64,000 nt of DNA from a virus: positions 6,310 through 70,309 of the IMG/VR virus record IMGVR_UViG_3300034375_010899; one strand, 5' to 3'. The notes beneath the pieces were generated by a model, which saw only the letters and a program-made list of their open reading frames with translations, was not told the origin of the DNA and made no database searches. A program made the translations under genes and the position numbers. Of this stretch, positions 26,501 to 35,600 are shown piece after piece (the first letter of the stretch is position 1; each line of letters starts with the position of its first letter).

Positions 26501-28096
26501 AGAGTATATTATGAACCAAGTATTTTACCCTCAGCAAATCTTATTAGTGATATTGAATTAAATAGCACTAAATTCTATGTTGATACACTAAAACCATTTT
26601 TTGACAATGCAGCTGAACAAATAGATGAAAATGAAAGAAATGTTATTAAAATTATAGATTCTAGAGAAAAGACTCCAGCAATAGCAGGAACATGTCAAGT
26701 TTCTAATGGTGAAATTATAAGTATTCCCGTTATTGATGGTGGAAGTGGATATGAGAGTGTTCCAAATGTTACTATTCAATATCCATTCTTATCAAATCCA
26801 TTACCAAGAACAATTGAATTGGTAAATATTGCAAATATTACAGGAACTATATCTACTGTTGGAGTTTCAACTGCTATTATAGGGGAACAAATTTTAGGAA
26901 GTATTAGTGGAGCATCTGGAATTCTTGCGGGAATAACTACAGATAATGTTATTGAAGTTCTTCCCACTAATTTACATTCATTTGTTATTGGAGAGGAAGT
27001 AAGTTTATTTGAGTCGGGATTTAGTGCGGAAGTTTCTTCGACAGATTCTTTAGAATATGCCACAGCAACTGCAAATATCAGCGCAGGGCAAGTTGATAGC
27101 ATTACAGTCACAAATTCTGGAGTTGGGTATACTTATGGTCCAATAAAGAAACTGAGAGTTGTGAAGAATGGTACTGGATATCCTCCGGTAATAAATGAGG
27201 GTAATGGAACTTTTAGTGGCGCAAGACTTAATAGTCAAACTGGAATTGGTTTAAATGCCTCAATTGATGTTAATTTAATTGTTGATCCAATCACTGAAAA
27301 TTTAATTATTGACTCTGCAAATATTGATATAGTAAATGCAGGATTTAGATATTCTGTTGGCGATATTGTTTACGTAGATACTTTTGATAATCCTGGAATT
27401 GGACAAACATTTAGAAACTATCGTTTGAAAACTCCAATAATATATGAGGTCATTGAAATTAATGAACCAAAAGTGTCAATTGATCCACCAACTTCAATTA
27501 CTGAAGTCATAAGAGATGTTCAATTTGCAGGTGATTATGGAGTTGTTGTTGGAATATCTACAGTCGATAGGGTTACAATACCTGGAGAACCACCCGGAAT
27601 TTCATTGGATTTATATATTCCAGAAGATTCGATTCTGAGAGATGAAGTTTATATTGGAGATACTGTTGTTGGTTCTGCAATAACAATAAGTCAACTACAA
27701 GCAGGAGACTATTTGCGTTTATACAATTCAAGAGTTGGAAATTCTCCAAACTCTTCTTTCAAGAATACTGGATCTATACTATCAAATTCTTCCAATTTAG
27801 ATAATGTCTATCAAGTCATAGACTCGCAAATTATTACAGTTAATTCCAATTTTTATGGATCTCTATTATTTGTCAATAGAATTCTTTGTGCAGTTGCTAA
27901 TTTGGATTCCGTACCAACTTTACCTGCGAATGATATTTCGATAGATGGTAATATTGCTGAATTTAGTTGGGGAAAAATTGATAATTTGGATAAGAGAGTA
28001 TTTCCAAAAGAGTTTAATATTGACCAAACGATAAATCAAAACAATCCAGTTGTTCAAAGATTTAATGCTCTAAAATTTTCAAATTATGATTATTGA
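14546..28096 (+). CDS. g7: giant baseplate wedge initiator (gp7-like), 4516 aa
   Basis: Lies between g6 and g8; FYTSKGT..SYKILFK, QDSFYYQ.FSY, LNHASG motifs; internal HSPIIGWAYDGNPIYGPFG (YHYH-like) segment. Confidence 0.85.
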   Translation: MQSTRVKISNVVKNQLPNFVRETYPLVEKLFQEYYAGLEYQGGVLDILQNIDKYVKLDNIASLIEYTELTQDISFADDSIRVSSTRGFPDSYGLIQIDSEVILYKSKTYNTFNDCVRGFSAITSYEDGLDFQKTNASDHLNSASVKNLNILFLNEFFKKIKTQFAPGFENRKFFSSDTLSVNKNLLIKQLKDFYTSKGTDASYKILFKALFGDDVKVIKPRDYLIRPSDAQYRINQELVIEAIEGDPKDLVNTTIFQNTLSIDGEEFISSAYGTVNKVETITRKDKTYYTIGLDFDFNKDINLRGSVYGEFVIGPKTIILERIDIGSSSITVDSTYGFPETNGKLVVYYEDGTTQQIDYQRKNLNQFLGCSGINRNIDSKTEIYLDYVCEGGLTVGNDENPIKFRITGVLSDPVVDKNSRYIVPGNRINLRTLGKDIKDPQFNCWRLNISPSYKIKNLSLINTLNNIFRVQLSDKHLFNLGDGARLISTSGLLNEYKAVVESIVDDFSINVSLPFNFDSTQEYNIEREISKFTYNYNSEVFDNNDIYITDTQNTYRDSGGSLYLASQSLPKYGKESLIITDDTVVLGEDFFISEEQNPSNPQILDKVLNIGKNAFVTGDALYYQSGEGVNSLNIANGVYYVKALGTFSNSTKIKLSSSRSNLDNNIFIDVSVNSPTSKLTGNQNKIFKSTNELIFFQNQSENSNQNFSRKISPKNIFKKVSSPEIPKEKTLTPSGTIGVLANGVEIANYKSNDFIYYGSIQKIDVKSLGSGYDVINPPILNISDKSGTGASVISHVQGFLEKIDVLGGGFDWDGIPEIKISGGNGFGAIAIPEMTVFDHFVEFVANTNQIDVTTATPTSGNITFSIKHKFYEGERILYDYTDAPLEGLEREIDYFVSPETDFTLKVYKNFTDSINRENAIEFELDSLASGKHFLKSANKKSTIGSIKITRTGENYTNKKIVFSNSNVDLYKNSIKIEDHGYKTGEVIVYNSSGSPISGLSTNTEYYVNVINSNEFNLCGINTVPGNPPDFNLKRSIFVNFENFGSGSYEINYRPIRVDIVGNFKNKSLPLDDIKPNIIPAFRGSIVSTCIENSGLNYGSSDILNYNRQPNIEVRNGSGAELKAIISNGQIKRVLIVNGGSFYNSTPTIEIQGEGSGAKLVPIISNGRIVEVNVISEGINYKTNGTLLNVISSGSGASFDAVIQKWNVNSVERAILKKQILNNDVFLLDTKNEYGERITQITHSYAPRRLREDLLVSKRIGGNDFYKKDLEIVDGRESITSEYHSPIIGWAYDGNPIYGPFGFANPSGGGSIKKLSTGYRTISGTNRPSLNDFPLGFFVEDYVFVGDGDLDDYNGRFCVTPEFPNGIYAYFSSLGGYDAQFSTTYLRPSFPYFIGNYFKSKVIDFNFDISANQNIISFEENQLIRNTNQYNLLSDTSTYNYIFNPIEYENQLNSVSRTQRGIIETVDVISGGENYKVGDIIEFGEDENGNKSFAEVSEVKGKDVTSIILDSFGIENVEFGTSNNKNTIIGISSSPHGLNDNDVVNIIGLNELLTNKEKNVTSIVDVTSNRLVLNQELGVSTPNESEKITVVGNLKPTAIRSNDVYKIFNGNDVEFFKILNVDPINSQIRVLRSGVTTSYPSGTSLIEDPRVISVSSVDNNSTITYSGEKDYPVNKELYFNPEISVGVGTTTTNAFIEKNSSNYQCGISSDSLVANDPNFKVGLVFNNLTNVSAFRVGDYVSLTGSTDTTFNSIIDKIKVLNVGINSIVLDYNVSSLTTDQIISIAGSGVTSYVDKWITRSIPSRSIYLKDHRIKTGDRLLYKNNGGSSILVSGPVALDDFDNLYAYAFDENHIGISTQYVGLSTTGEYLNPETNESLLYFVSSGTRDYHSFRTDLEVQKGILTRNIARVNTSSDPSLFYNENIFVNLKSNEQISVKVKYNDANRRLVFNPKSYNNTNLDKNTLIINNHGYFTGQKIIHNTLSPTDLENDKIYYVVVENENEFKLSLTYEESIRRNPVVIDLTTPLFGEISEVNPNINLYRNDTVNFDLTDSSLSFISNQSSVPAFDFDIYEDENFLQKFLKTKDDSSFEVTKTGVIGVTNNAKVTLSINDTTPKKLYYKLTLVNTSLSVPISKTEYRIDDDNIKENSTITILDSVYSGHNKVSFTGTSFFDYFLKKKPEKSFYSGTNASILYTTDSYSTLGEITKASVLSRDRKYRVLPGITSITSKTGTGALLFPSSNKIGSVAKVDLKNIGFDYSVDYSLRPTGNLPQLINVEPLSIFESIKVVSTGKDYTLTPNLVVIDGLSGKVDTQSELKFVPEEVKVEIIQNSSGLFNKTPIIIPINNSNGITVSSVSYVPEDKILTFTLNQGFSSTADFPFDDGDRVLLENFKVNDVNVDPITNEVTFNENVKGINSSNYNYALFTVSNVAKGIGGNVSRFSIDMSEYLEGDEIPGEYRPVNTFGYFVPEKYFPTFNITLQKNNFILGEEVFTSSGFTGIVEYWDRDNEFVSVLSGDKFITGDRITGRTSNLSGIVGKVQFYDAEYKVGSSSVVSRGWDTRVGFLNDNTQRIQDSFYYQYFSYDLKSKTQFSEWQDAVSSLNHASGFKKFSTFEVESTPDEVNRTSISYSELNSVSDIFSIVDINSYVDFDMVSENTYLLDGRTVSDQVVFNTIPVQDYAESINNRVLVIEDISSQFNNVPRDERFVVVDKFPIFQTRYRKYFAYVKDKLFFNERQFGLISLIHDDLEGYIGQYGQVETFGELGTFEFRIRGFFGEITFNPFDFEFNDFDIELVSYSLFDTFVGLGSTSQETYSLGTVVTFTNQTASISAGTTSAIEIARVGTEYKANKLLTTLNDENGDYRESVELNIVSDGNDVYITEYGKLFTKALNPPIGYAAYSARISGDDIIVEATPSVSYGATLEVNTVSTSIDTDFDAIDTDLLVLSNTRLESGIVNIGITTNTAEVHRHNRVYGGAYYYAVVTSNFGGFNSKLQALEIVTVNNDSDAYITVYGSVLNDPTVNTLGDFSVSVSGKNCILSFTPAVAGENIAIKFFYQGVKTITENPENPDELILDLNESQINSYTTDYIGTQNEIKRKFDLFYDGYPILRRTFNASSFTSVDLNNDKLIIPNHYFSTGEEVTYDTNGDDPIGIALTSVPGIGLTDILPTKLYIIKDNNLSVRVAASASQALKSVPDYLDLISYGTGTTHTLTGKRGNERSLITIDNMIQSPIVSTSFETTLAEPLGLKDVRVKVTNPDVFVGGDVFRVDDEILRVKVVGFGATNTLLVNRFWLGTLPSTHDIGAGCTKYSGDYNIVDNTIHFYDAPYGKVPITPKDPKPDEVDFVGISTSSSFSGRIFNKSGQINGLSPTYSDNVLVDDISEQFTGIRSEFTLTSTDPALSGVSTSNLFVLIKNILQIPFDEQRNIDGAFTLGQTPGGDPTIIFKQSQEVSNLEDINSTNLPSGGIIVSTGSTFGHGYQTLRTPGASVTIDNTGSISNITIGSTGSGYRLVDGKEIFVTTSTISSSGSNILTINEERSLFDKLPYSSRPLCSTGIGTICNDLEISSYDPITSTITLSDNLDEDIPSGSIVSIKLTELTSEIVDIGIRTESTVDYDVNYIGFTTVISGSISTNINFVNPGISFTSFYDVFETLSSEPSSIGSTVVYVNTVRNINNINNYISINNDKNVKIVGIGNTFITIDTPLTSNILSNEKVTIRRFSPPEIVFDSPIGYYEIPLIYSSTSPSIGIGTGAKINLVVGEEGRVIDFKFTNNGYGYRPFEVLTVPTGGLTGIPLDQSTAFEEFKLFIDDVYDTKFSAWSIGDLQVIDNFDDLFDNSRRVFPIKINGEQKSIRAKKGSNIDIQAVLLVLYNDILQVPGKGYTFTGGSIITFPEAPKFGDTVSIIFYRGNGDTDVVDVDVLESVKIGDSIFITSDDKKLIQNERIVSDVVSSDFVNTLIYNDRGISNDFELLRPITIAKQTEDFVIDNQFIGKDRVYYEPSILPSANLISDIELNSTKFYVDTLKPFFDNAAEQIDENERNVIKIIDSREKTPAIAGTCQVSNGEIISIPVIDGGSGYESVPNVTIQYPFLSNPLPRTIELVNIANITGTISTVGVSTAIIGEQILGSISGASGILAGITTDNVIEVLPTNLHSFVIGEEVSLFESGFSAEVSSTDSLEYATATANISAGQVDSITVTNSGVGYTYGPIKKLRVVKNGTGYPPVINEGNGTFSGARLNSQTGIGLNASIDVNLIVDPITENLIIDSANIDIVNAGFRYSVGDIVYVDTFDNPGIGQTFRNYRLKTPIIYEVIEINEPKVSIDPPTSITEVIRDVQFAGDYGVVVGISTVDRVTIPGEPPGISLDLYIPEDSILRDEVYIGDTVVGSAITISQLQAGDYLRLYNSRVGNSPNSSFKNTGSILSNSSNLDNVYQVIDSQIITVNSNFYGSLLFVNRILCAVANLDSVPTLPANDISIDGNIAEFSWGKIDNLDKRVFPKEFNIDQTINQNNPVVQRFNALKFSNYDY

Positions 28097-28116
28097 TTTT
28101 TATCCACAAATCGCTT

Positions 28117-28124
28117 TATAAATA
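28117..28124 (+). promoter_or_regulatory. late promoter
   Basis: TATAAATA upstream of g8. Confidence 0.8.
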
Positions 28125-28142
28125 ATCAAAAAATGTTAAAAA

Positions 28143-29660
28143 ATGTCGGCAATTATAACTGACCAACTTAGAATATCTAATGCTTTGGGATTTATTGATA
28201 AAGTAAATTCTGTGGACAATGCATATTATGTTTTTCTAGGTCTTTCAAATTCAACTGAATATTCCAGCACCTGGGAAATTAACCCACCTTTCCCAAGAGA
28301 TAATTTTAATGAAGAAAACAAAATTTGGGATACTATGTTTTCTTTGAAAAAAATTTCACCAGGTGATGTTTCTCCCGTTATTAGAAGAGTTAACTGGGAA
28401 TCCGGAAGAACCTATGATATGTATCGCCATGATATTAGTATTGATAAGCGTGCAAATCAAACAGATTCCACTACTCTATATTCTTCGGATTATTATGTAA
28501 TAACCCAAGATTATAGAGTATACATATGCTTACAAAATGGAACTACTCCAGAATCTCCTAGAGGAAATCCATCTTTAGACGAACCAACATTTACTGATTT
28601 GGAACCAAGAGCTGCTGGAACTAGCGGTGATGGATATATATGGAAATATCTTTACACTATAAGACCAAGTGAAATTATAAAATTCGATAGCACAAATTTT
28701 ATTCCTGTTCCTAGGGATTGGACTACAAACGGAGATTATTCTTCAATAATACAGAATGCTTCAACTAGCGGACAATTAAAAATAGTAAATGTTTTAGATA
28801 GAGGTACTAACTTAGGAGCACCTGGATTATATCAAAATATTCCAATTAGGGGTGATGGAGATGGAGCTACCGTTACAATCATTATTGGGACTGATAGAAC
28901 TGTAGATAGTGTATTTGTTTCTAATGGTGGTAGTGGTTACACATATGGAACAGTTGATTTATCAAATTCTGGATTATTTTTAACAGATGCTCCAGCATTT
29001 GATGTAATTATTCCCCCAAAGGGTGGTCATGGATTTGATATTTATAGAGAACTTGGTTCCACCAACGTCCTTTTATATTCTAGAATTGAAAATGATATTG
29101 GAAATCCAGATTTTATCGTTGGCAATAAAGTTGCTAGAGTTGGAATTGTAAAAAATCCAGAGGCATTTGATTCAACTTCAATTTTAAATATTGAAAAGGC
29201 AAGTTCTGTTTATGCTTTAAAATTGGAACCAAATACTCAAACTATTTCATCAAATGAGACTTTCGTTCAAACAATTGTTGGAGTTGGAACTGCAGTTGGA
29301 AGAGTGGTTTCTTATGATGTGGAAACCAGAGTTCTAAAATATTGGCAAGATAGAACATTTTATGGATATACAACATCCGGAATAACAACAAATGCACCAA
29401 ATGGATATGAGCAAATTGAGTTTTCAACAGATAATAATATACAAATTAACTCCGTGACTATTCCAGTGGATAATAATTTTAGTGGTATATCTACTGTAAT
29501 AAATAATGGTACTGTATACCTTGGTCAAAATTTTGAAAATGGATTTGCTAATCCGGAGGTAAAAAAATATACAGGTGACATTATCTACGTTGATAATAGA
29601 CCTTCAATTAGTAGATCTTCAAACCAGAAAGAAGATATTAAAGTCGTTTTACAATTCTAA
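28143..29660 (+). CDS. g8: baseplate wedge subunit gp8
   Basis: MSAIITDQLRI, YRVYICLQN, DGYIWKYLYTI, QKEDIKVVLQF. Confidence 0.92.
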   Translation: MSAIITDQLRISNALGFIDKVNSVDNAYYVFLGLSNSTEYSSTWEINPPFPRDNFNEENKIWDTMFSLKKISPGDVSPVIRRVNWESGRTYDMYRHDISIDKRANQTDSTTLYSSDYYVITQDYRVYICLQNGTTPESPRGNPSLDEPTFTDLEPRAAGTSGDGYIWKYLYTIRPSEIIKFDSTNFIPVPRDWTTNGDYSSIIQNASTSGQLKIVNVLDRGTNLGAPGLYQNIPIRGDGDGATVTIIIGTDRTVDSVFVSNGGSGYTYGTVDLSNSGLFLTDAPAFDVIIPPKGGHGFDIYRELGSTNVLLYSRIENDIGNPDFIVGNKVARVGIVKNPEAFDSTSILNIEKASSVYALKLEPNTQTISSNETFVQTIVGVGTAVGRVVSYDVETRVLKYWQDRTFYGYTTSGITTNAPNGYEQIEFSTDNNIQINSVTIPVDNNFSGISTVINNGTVYLGQNFENGFANPEVKKYTGDIIYVDNRPSISRSSNQKEDIKVVLQF

Positions 29661-29666
29661 TCAATC

Positions 29667-32600
29667 ATGCCACAAGAAACTAATTTGAATGTAACCCCAT
29701 ATTTTGATGATTTTGACGACAGGAAAAATTTTTACAAAGTTCTTTTTAAACCAGGGTATCCTATTCAATCAAGGGAATTGACAACACTTCAGTCAATTCT
29801 TCAAAATCAAATTGAAAAATTTGGATCTCATATTTTTAAAGAGGGTTCTCCCGTTCTTGGTGGCAATGTTGTTTATAATAATTACTATGAAGGAATTCAA
29901 GTAGAATCAAATTATCTTGGAATTTCTGTAGATTCTTATTTGGAAAATTTTGTCGGAAAATATCTTATTGGACAAGATTCTCAAGTAAAGGCTAGAGTAG
30001 AATTTATTTTACCTGCAGATGAGTCTCCAACTGCAAATACAATAATTTATGTCTCTTATAGAGATTCTAGTTTAACTGAGAATACTAGAGAGTTTAGTCC
30101 CGGAGAAGTTTTACTTTCCGAAGAAGATGTTCCATTCATATCTGGTGGAGTCACCAGTATTCAATCTGGTCAAGGAGTTTCTAGAGTAACTCCCCAAGAT
30201 TCTTCTATTATTGGATCTTCAGTAACTATTGCTTCTGGAGTTTATTTTATTAGAGGTTATTTTATAAATGTTAATGAAGAAACTATATTATTAGATCCAA
30301 TATCAAATAATGTAACTTATAGTGTTGGATTAAAAGTTACCGAAGATATTGTTACTTCAGATGATGATGAATCTTTAGTAGATAATTCTCAAGGATTTAC
30401 AAATTTTGCAGCACCTGGTGCAGATAGACTTTCAATTTCAGTCTCTTTGGCAAAATATTCAATTACAGAAACCCAAGATGAAGGATATATTGAGTTATTT
30501 AAGGTAGTTGATGGATCACCAGATAAAGTTCAAAGAGATGCTGAATATAACCTATTAGCAAATGAATTTGCTAGAAGAACTTATGATGAATCTGGAGATT
30601 ATTATGTAACTCCATTTAAAGTTGATGTTAAAGAGTCTTTAGATAACCTTAAAGGTAATAAAGGTGTATTTAAGCAGGGACAAATAACATATGGAAATAA
30701 TACTGCAGATGAATCTTTGGGGATTTATAAAGTATCTCCAGGAAAGGCATATATTAGAGGATTTGAGGTAGAAATTCCAAATCCAACATTTATTGATTTT
30801 GCAAAACCAAGAATCACAAAAACTTTACAAAATCAAAGTATTGTATATGAAACTGGAGCAACTTTCACATTAAACAGAGTTAATGGAACCCCTTCTTTGG
30901 GAATTTCGACTGATTATACAGTAACTTTAAGATCTGAAAGATTGGGTTCAGATATAAATGCAGAACCTGGAAAAGAAATTGGTCTTGCTAGAGTTTATGA
31001 TTTTGCTTTAGAGTCTGGTTCTTACAATTCAGTATTTCCATTTTCAAATGAGTGGGATATTACTTTATTTGATGTGCAACCTTACATTGAATTAAATTTA
31101 AATAATCCAATTACTTTAGATGTTCCTACCTTTATTAAAGGTAGTTCTAGTGGTGCTTCGGCATTTTTAAAAGAGTCTGTAGTAAATTCTGGAATTATTA
31201 CTGCGTACAATGTTGAAGGAAAGTTTTTGAGAGGTGAAAAATTAAGTTTTGATGGAATTCAAAATAATAGAATTATCAAATCATTTACAGAATATGATAT
31301 TAATGATTTCAAATCAATTTATGCATCTCCAGTTGGATCTGGAGTAACTTTTAGTGCAGATTTAGTACAAAGACCAAAATCATTTGCCGGTTCTGTGTCT
31401 ATTTCTGATGGATCATCAGGAATTAGCACTGTAACAAGTTCTGATTTTGTATTTTTTGGTAATGTAAAAGAAAATGACATTGTAGCATATTCAACACCAG
31501 GAGATATTGTACCTACTTATGCAAAGGTAAATTCAGTTTCTGAAAAGTCTTTGGTAATCGAATCTGTTACACCAGTTGATGGAGTTTGCGTATCTTCTCT
31601 CCCAACTTCAAATCTAAATGTTTCTGATTTTAGAATTTTAAAATCAGGACTGCAAGATTCTTCGGATAATACATTATATACTGTATTTCCAAAAGATAAA
31701 ATTTCTTCTGTTGATTTAGAAGATTCTGAAATTATTATTAGAAAGCAAAGGATAATAAACATTTCAAACAATTCTTCAGGTACTATTATTCTTCCTGCAA
31801 ATGAAAGATTCTTGCCATATGATGAAGAAAGATATTCTGTTGTGTACACTGGAGACGGGGCTACAGATCCTCTTACAGAAGATAAGTTTCTATTTACTCT
31901 CGGATCTCAAAGTTTACAAATTAATGGGTTAGAAGTTTCAAGTGGAACTGCAATTTTAACTTATACCATTAAAAAATTAAAAGTAAGTTCTAAGGTTAAG
32001 AAAAGAAATAGAGTAAATTCAATTATAGTTGACAAATCCAAGTATGATTATTCTGGAGTTGGACAAACTACAATTAATGATGGTTTAGAATTTGGTAATT
32101 ATCCTTATGGAACAAGAGTGCAAGATGAGGATATTTGTCTAAACTTCCCAGATGTTACAAAATTATTGGGAGTATTTGAAACATCAAGTGCTACAGATGC
32201 TCCAACTCTTAAATCAATTACTTTAGATTTGGGAGCACTTTCAACTGCAAATCTAATATTGGGAGAAGAAATTGTTGGTCAAACTAGTAATTGTGTAGCA
32301 ATTCTGGTAGAAAGAATTAATTCAAATACTGTAAGTTATATTAGTTTAAATTCTTCAGAATTTACTTCTGGTGAAGGAGTATCTTTCTCAGATTCAAATG
32401 TAATTTCAACAATTAGTTCTTTGAATAGAGGTAATTGTAAAGATATTACCGACAATTTTACATTTAATAATGGTCAGAAAAGTACTTTCTATGATTATGG
32501 AAGAATTATCAGAAAAGAAAGATCTAGAGAACCTATCAAAAAATTAAAAATTGTTTTTGAATCAACTTCTATAGATCCAGCAGATGAAGGAAGTTTCTTT

Positions 32601-35600
32601 ACTACAAATTCTTATGAACAATTTAATTACTGCAACATTCCGGCATATGATGGTTTAAGAAACTATAATATTTTAGATTTAAGACCAAGAGTAACTCCTT
32701 ATACAGTCACTGCTGGAGCAAGGTCTCCATTTGAATCACTATCAAATAATTTTATTAATGTTGACAACCAAAATACTCCAATTTTGGCATCCGATGAAGA
32801 TATTATATTAGATTTCTCATATTATCTACCAAGAATTGATAAAATTATTTTATCAAAAGAGGGTCAATTTGAATTAATGATTGGAGATCCTGCAGAAAAT
32901 CCCCAGGCTCCATTAAATCTTTCAGAGTCTCTTGATATTGCTACAATAACTCTTCCTGCTTATTTCTGTACTAATGATGAGGTTAGAATTGATCTTGCTA
33001 AGCACAAGAGATATAGAATGGTCGACATTAAAAAATTGGAAGATAGAATAAAAAATCTTGAGTATTATACAACTCTTTCACTTTTAGAAAAAGAGACTGC
33101 TAGTTTTACTATAAAAGATTCCAATGGTCTCGATAGATTTAAATCTGGATTCTTTGTAGACAATTTTACAACTTTAATTTCACAAAAATCTTCATCTGTT
33201 GCAAAAAATTCAATTGACGTAGAAAATTCTCAATTGAGACCTTCTGTTTATACGACATCAATAGATTTAATTCTTGGACATACAAATTCCAATGGTTCAA
33301 TTAATTTCAATGATGAAGATTTTGATTATAAGTCAAATCAATCTATTGTCGGAGAAAATGTTAGAAAATCTGTCGGTTCTGTTGGAAAGGGAATTTTAAC
33401 ATTAGATTATTCCGAAACTGAAGAAATAGTTCAACCATATGCAACTAGAGTTGAAAATGTAACTCCATATTTGGTCACTTTCTATGGTGGAGTTGCTTCT
33501 TTAAATCCATCTTCCGATATTTGGTTGGATCCTATTGTTTTAGATCCAATTGATTTAGGTGTTCAACAAGGAGAAACTCAAATTGTTGAAGTTGAATTGG
33601 ATGAAATTCCAGATCCAAACTCCGGATGGGCTCCAGTTATATTTGGTGCTTGGGAAACTTCATGGACAACAATATCTGCCCCAAGAGAAGTTTCTAGAGG
33701 TCCAAAATATGAAAAGAATGGAAAGTGGTATCAAGATGTTGTTTACGCTAGAGATAAAGAAGGTTTTAAAACTAGAATTGGTGATACCAACAGAATTACA
33801 TTCTCAGATACTTCAGTATCATATGGAGAAAATATAGTAAGTATTGATATTGCAACATACTGCAGATCTAGAAATATTGAGTTGGTTTCTAAGAAATTGA
33901 AACCTTATACTCAAATGTATACTTTCTTTGATGGTCAAAGAGTTGATGAATTTGTAGTTCCAAAACTTTTGGAAGTTGAAATGATATCTGGTATTTTCCA
34001 AATCGGAGAGACTGTTAGAACTCTCAAAGCACAAGATGCAACTGGAAATGCAAATATTAGATTCCGTCTTTGCCAACCAGATCATAGAGGTGGTAGATAT
34101 GATTCTCCAACAGAAGTATATTCTTTTAATCCATATACAAGAACTGCAGATGTTCCAACAAGTTATTCTGAGTCATCAACATTTTTAAATATTGATACAT
34201 TTTTATTGGCTGAAGAGGCAATTGGAGAATCTTTTGGATATGTTTCTTCTGGAATGCTTTTAATTGGTAACACTAGTAATGCTATTGCTAGAGTTCAACC
34301 TGTAAGATTGGTCACGGATAATGTTGGAACAGTAATTGCATCTTTATATATTCCAGATCCATCTGTTCCAAAGAATCCAAAATTCACTACTGGTGCAAAG
34401 ATTGTAAGACTTTCAAGTTCTCAGAGCATTTCCACTGTTCCAGGACTTCTAAACAGTTTGGCTGAAGCAGCATTCTTTTCAAAAGGTACTATTAAGACAA
34501 CTCAAGATTCCTTTGCAACCATTAGAGATACTATAAAAGAAGTTGGAACATTATCGCAAACAATTCCAATTTCAACAACAGATTTTTCACAACCTGTTTC
34601 GGTTGAGGTTCCTGCTCCCCCACCAAAACCACAACCACAACCATATCCAACACCAAAACCAGAACCATCACCATCACCAGAACCAAAACCTGGTCCAAAA
34701 CCATCTCCTGGTCCAAAACCTGGTCCAAAACCATCCCCTGGTCCAAAACCATCTCCTGGTCCAAAACCATCCCCTGGTCCGAAACCATCTCCTGGTCCAA
34801 AACCAGCATCAAAGAAAATTGAACAATTTAAATTATATACAGTTCCAGGAACATATACATTTACTGTTCCAAAGGGCGTAACTTCTATTGAAGCTTCTGG
34901 AGTTGGTGCCGGTGGTGGCGGTGGATATGGTAAAGGAAACAAGCCTGGTGGCGGTGGTGGAGGTGGTGGAGTTTGCTCCAAGAAAATTTCGGTAAATCCT
35001 GGAGAAGTTTTAACGATTCAAGTTGGATCTGGAGGAAGAGGTGCATCTTCAGATAATAAGGCAACTAATGGAGAATCAAGTTTTGTCTTAGGTAAAAATA
35101 TAGTTGCTAGAGGTGGTGTTGGTGGATCTAGCACTTCTAAAGGTAAAGGTGGAAGTAATAGTGGTGGTGGTGGAAAAGGTGAAGATGGTAGATATGATAG
35201 AGATGATGATGATAGAAAAGGTGGATATGGTGGAGGTGCAGGTCGTAGAGGTGGCGGAAACTGCGGTCACCCCAAAGATAAAGATTGTTCTTCGGCAACT
35301 GGCGGAGTTGGTGGAAATGGTATAGAATTTGCAGGATCTGGTGGAACTAATGGTGAAGTTCCCGATTGTGGAGATAGAGATGGTGGAAGAGGTGGAACTT
35401 TTGGTGGTGGCGGCGGCGGTGGCGTCAAAAACGGAGCAGGTGCAGATGGTTCTCCTGGCGCATTCTTATTGAAGTGGAAAGAATCTAAAGATACTGCATC
35501 ATCATCACTAATTCCACCTGTAGGATTAGATCCATTAGCACAATCATTTACTATTAGTGCCAAAGAGGGAAGATTCGTAACTGCAATTGATTTATTCTTC

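Noticed and set aside
34502-35563. Antisense and off-frame ORFs over the Pro- and Gly-rich insert
   Set aside because: Low-complexity shadows of the main reading frame
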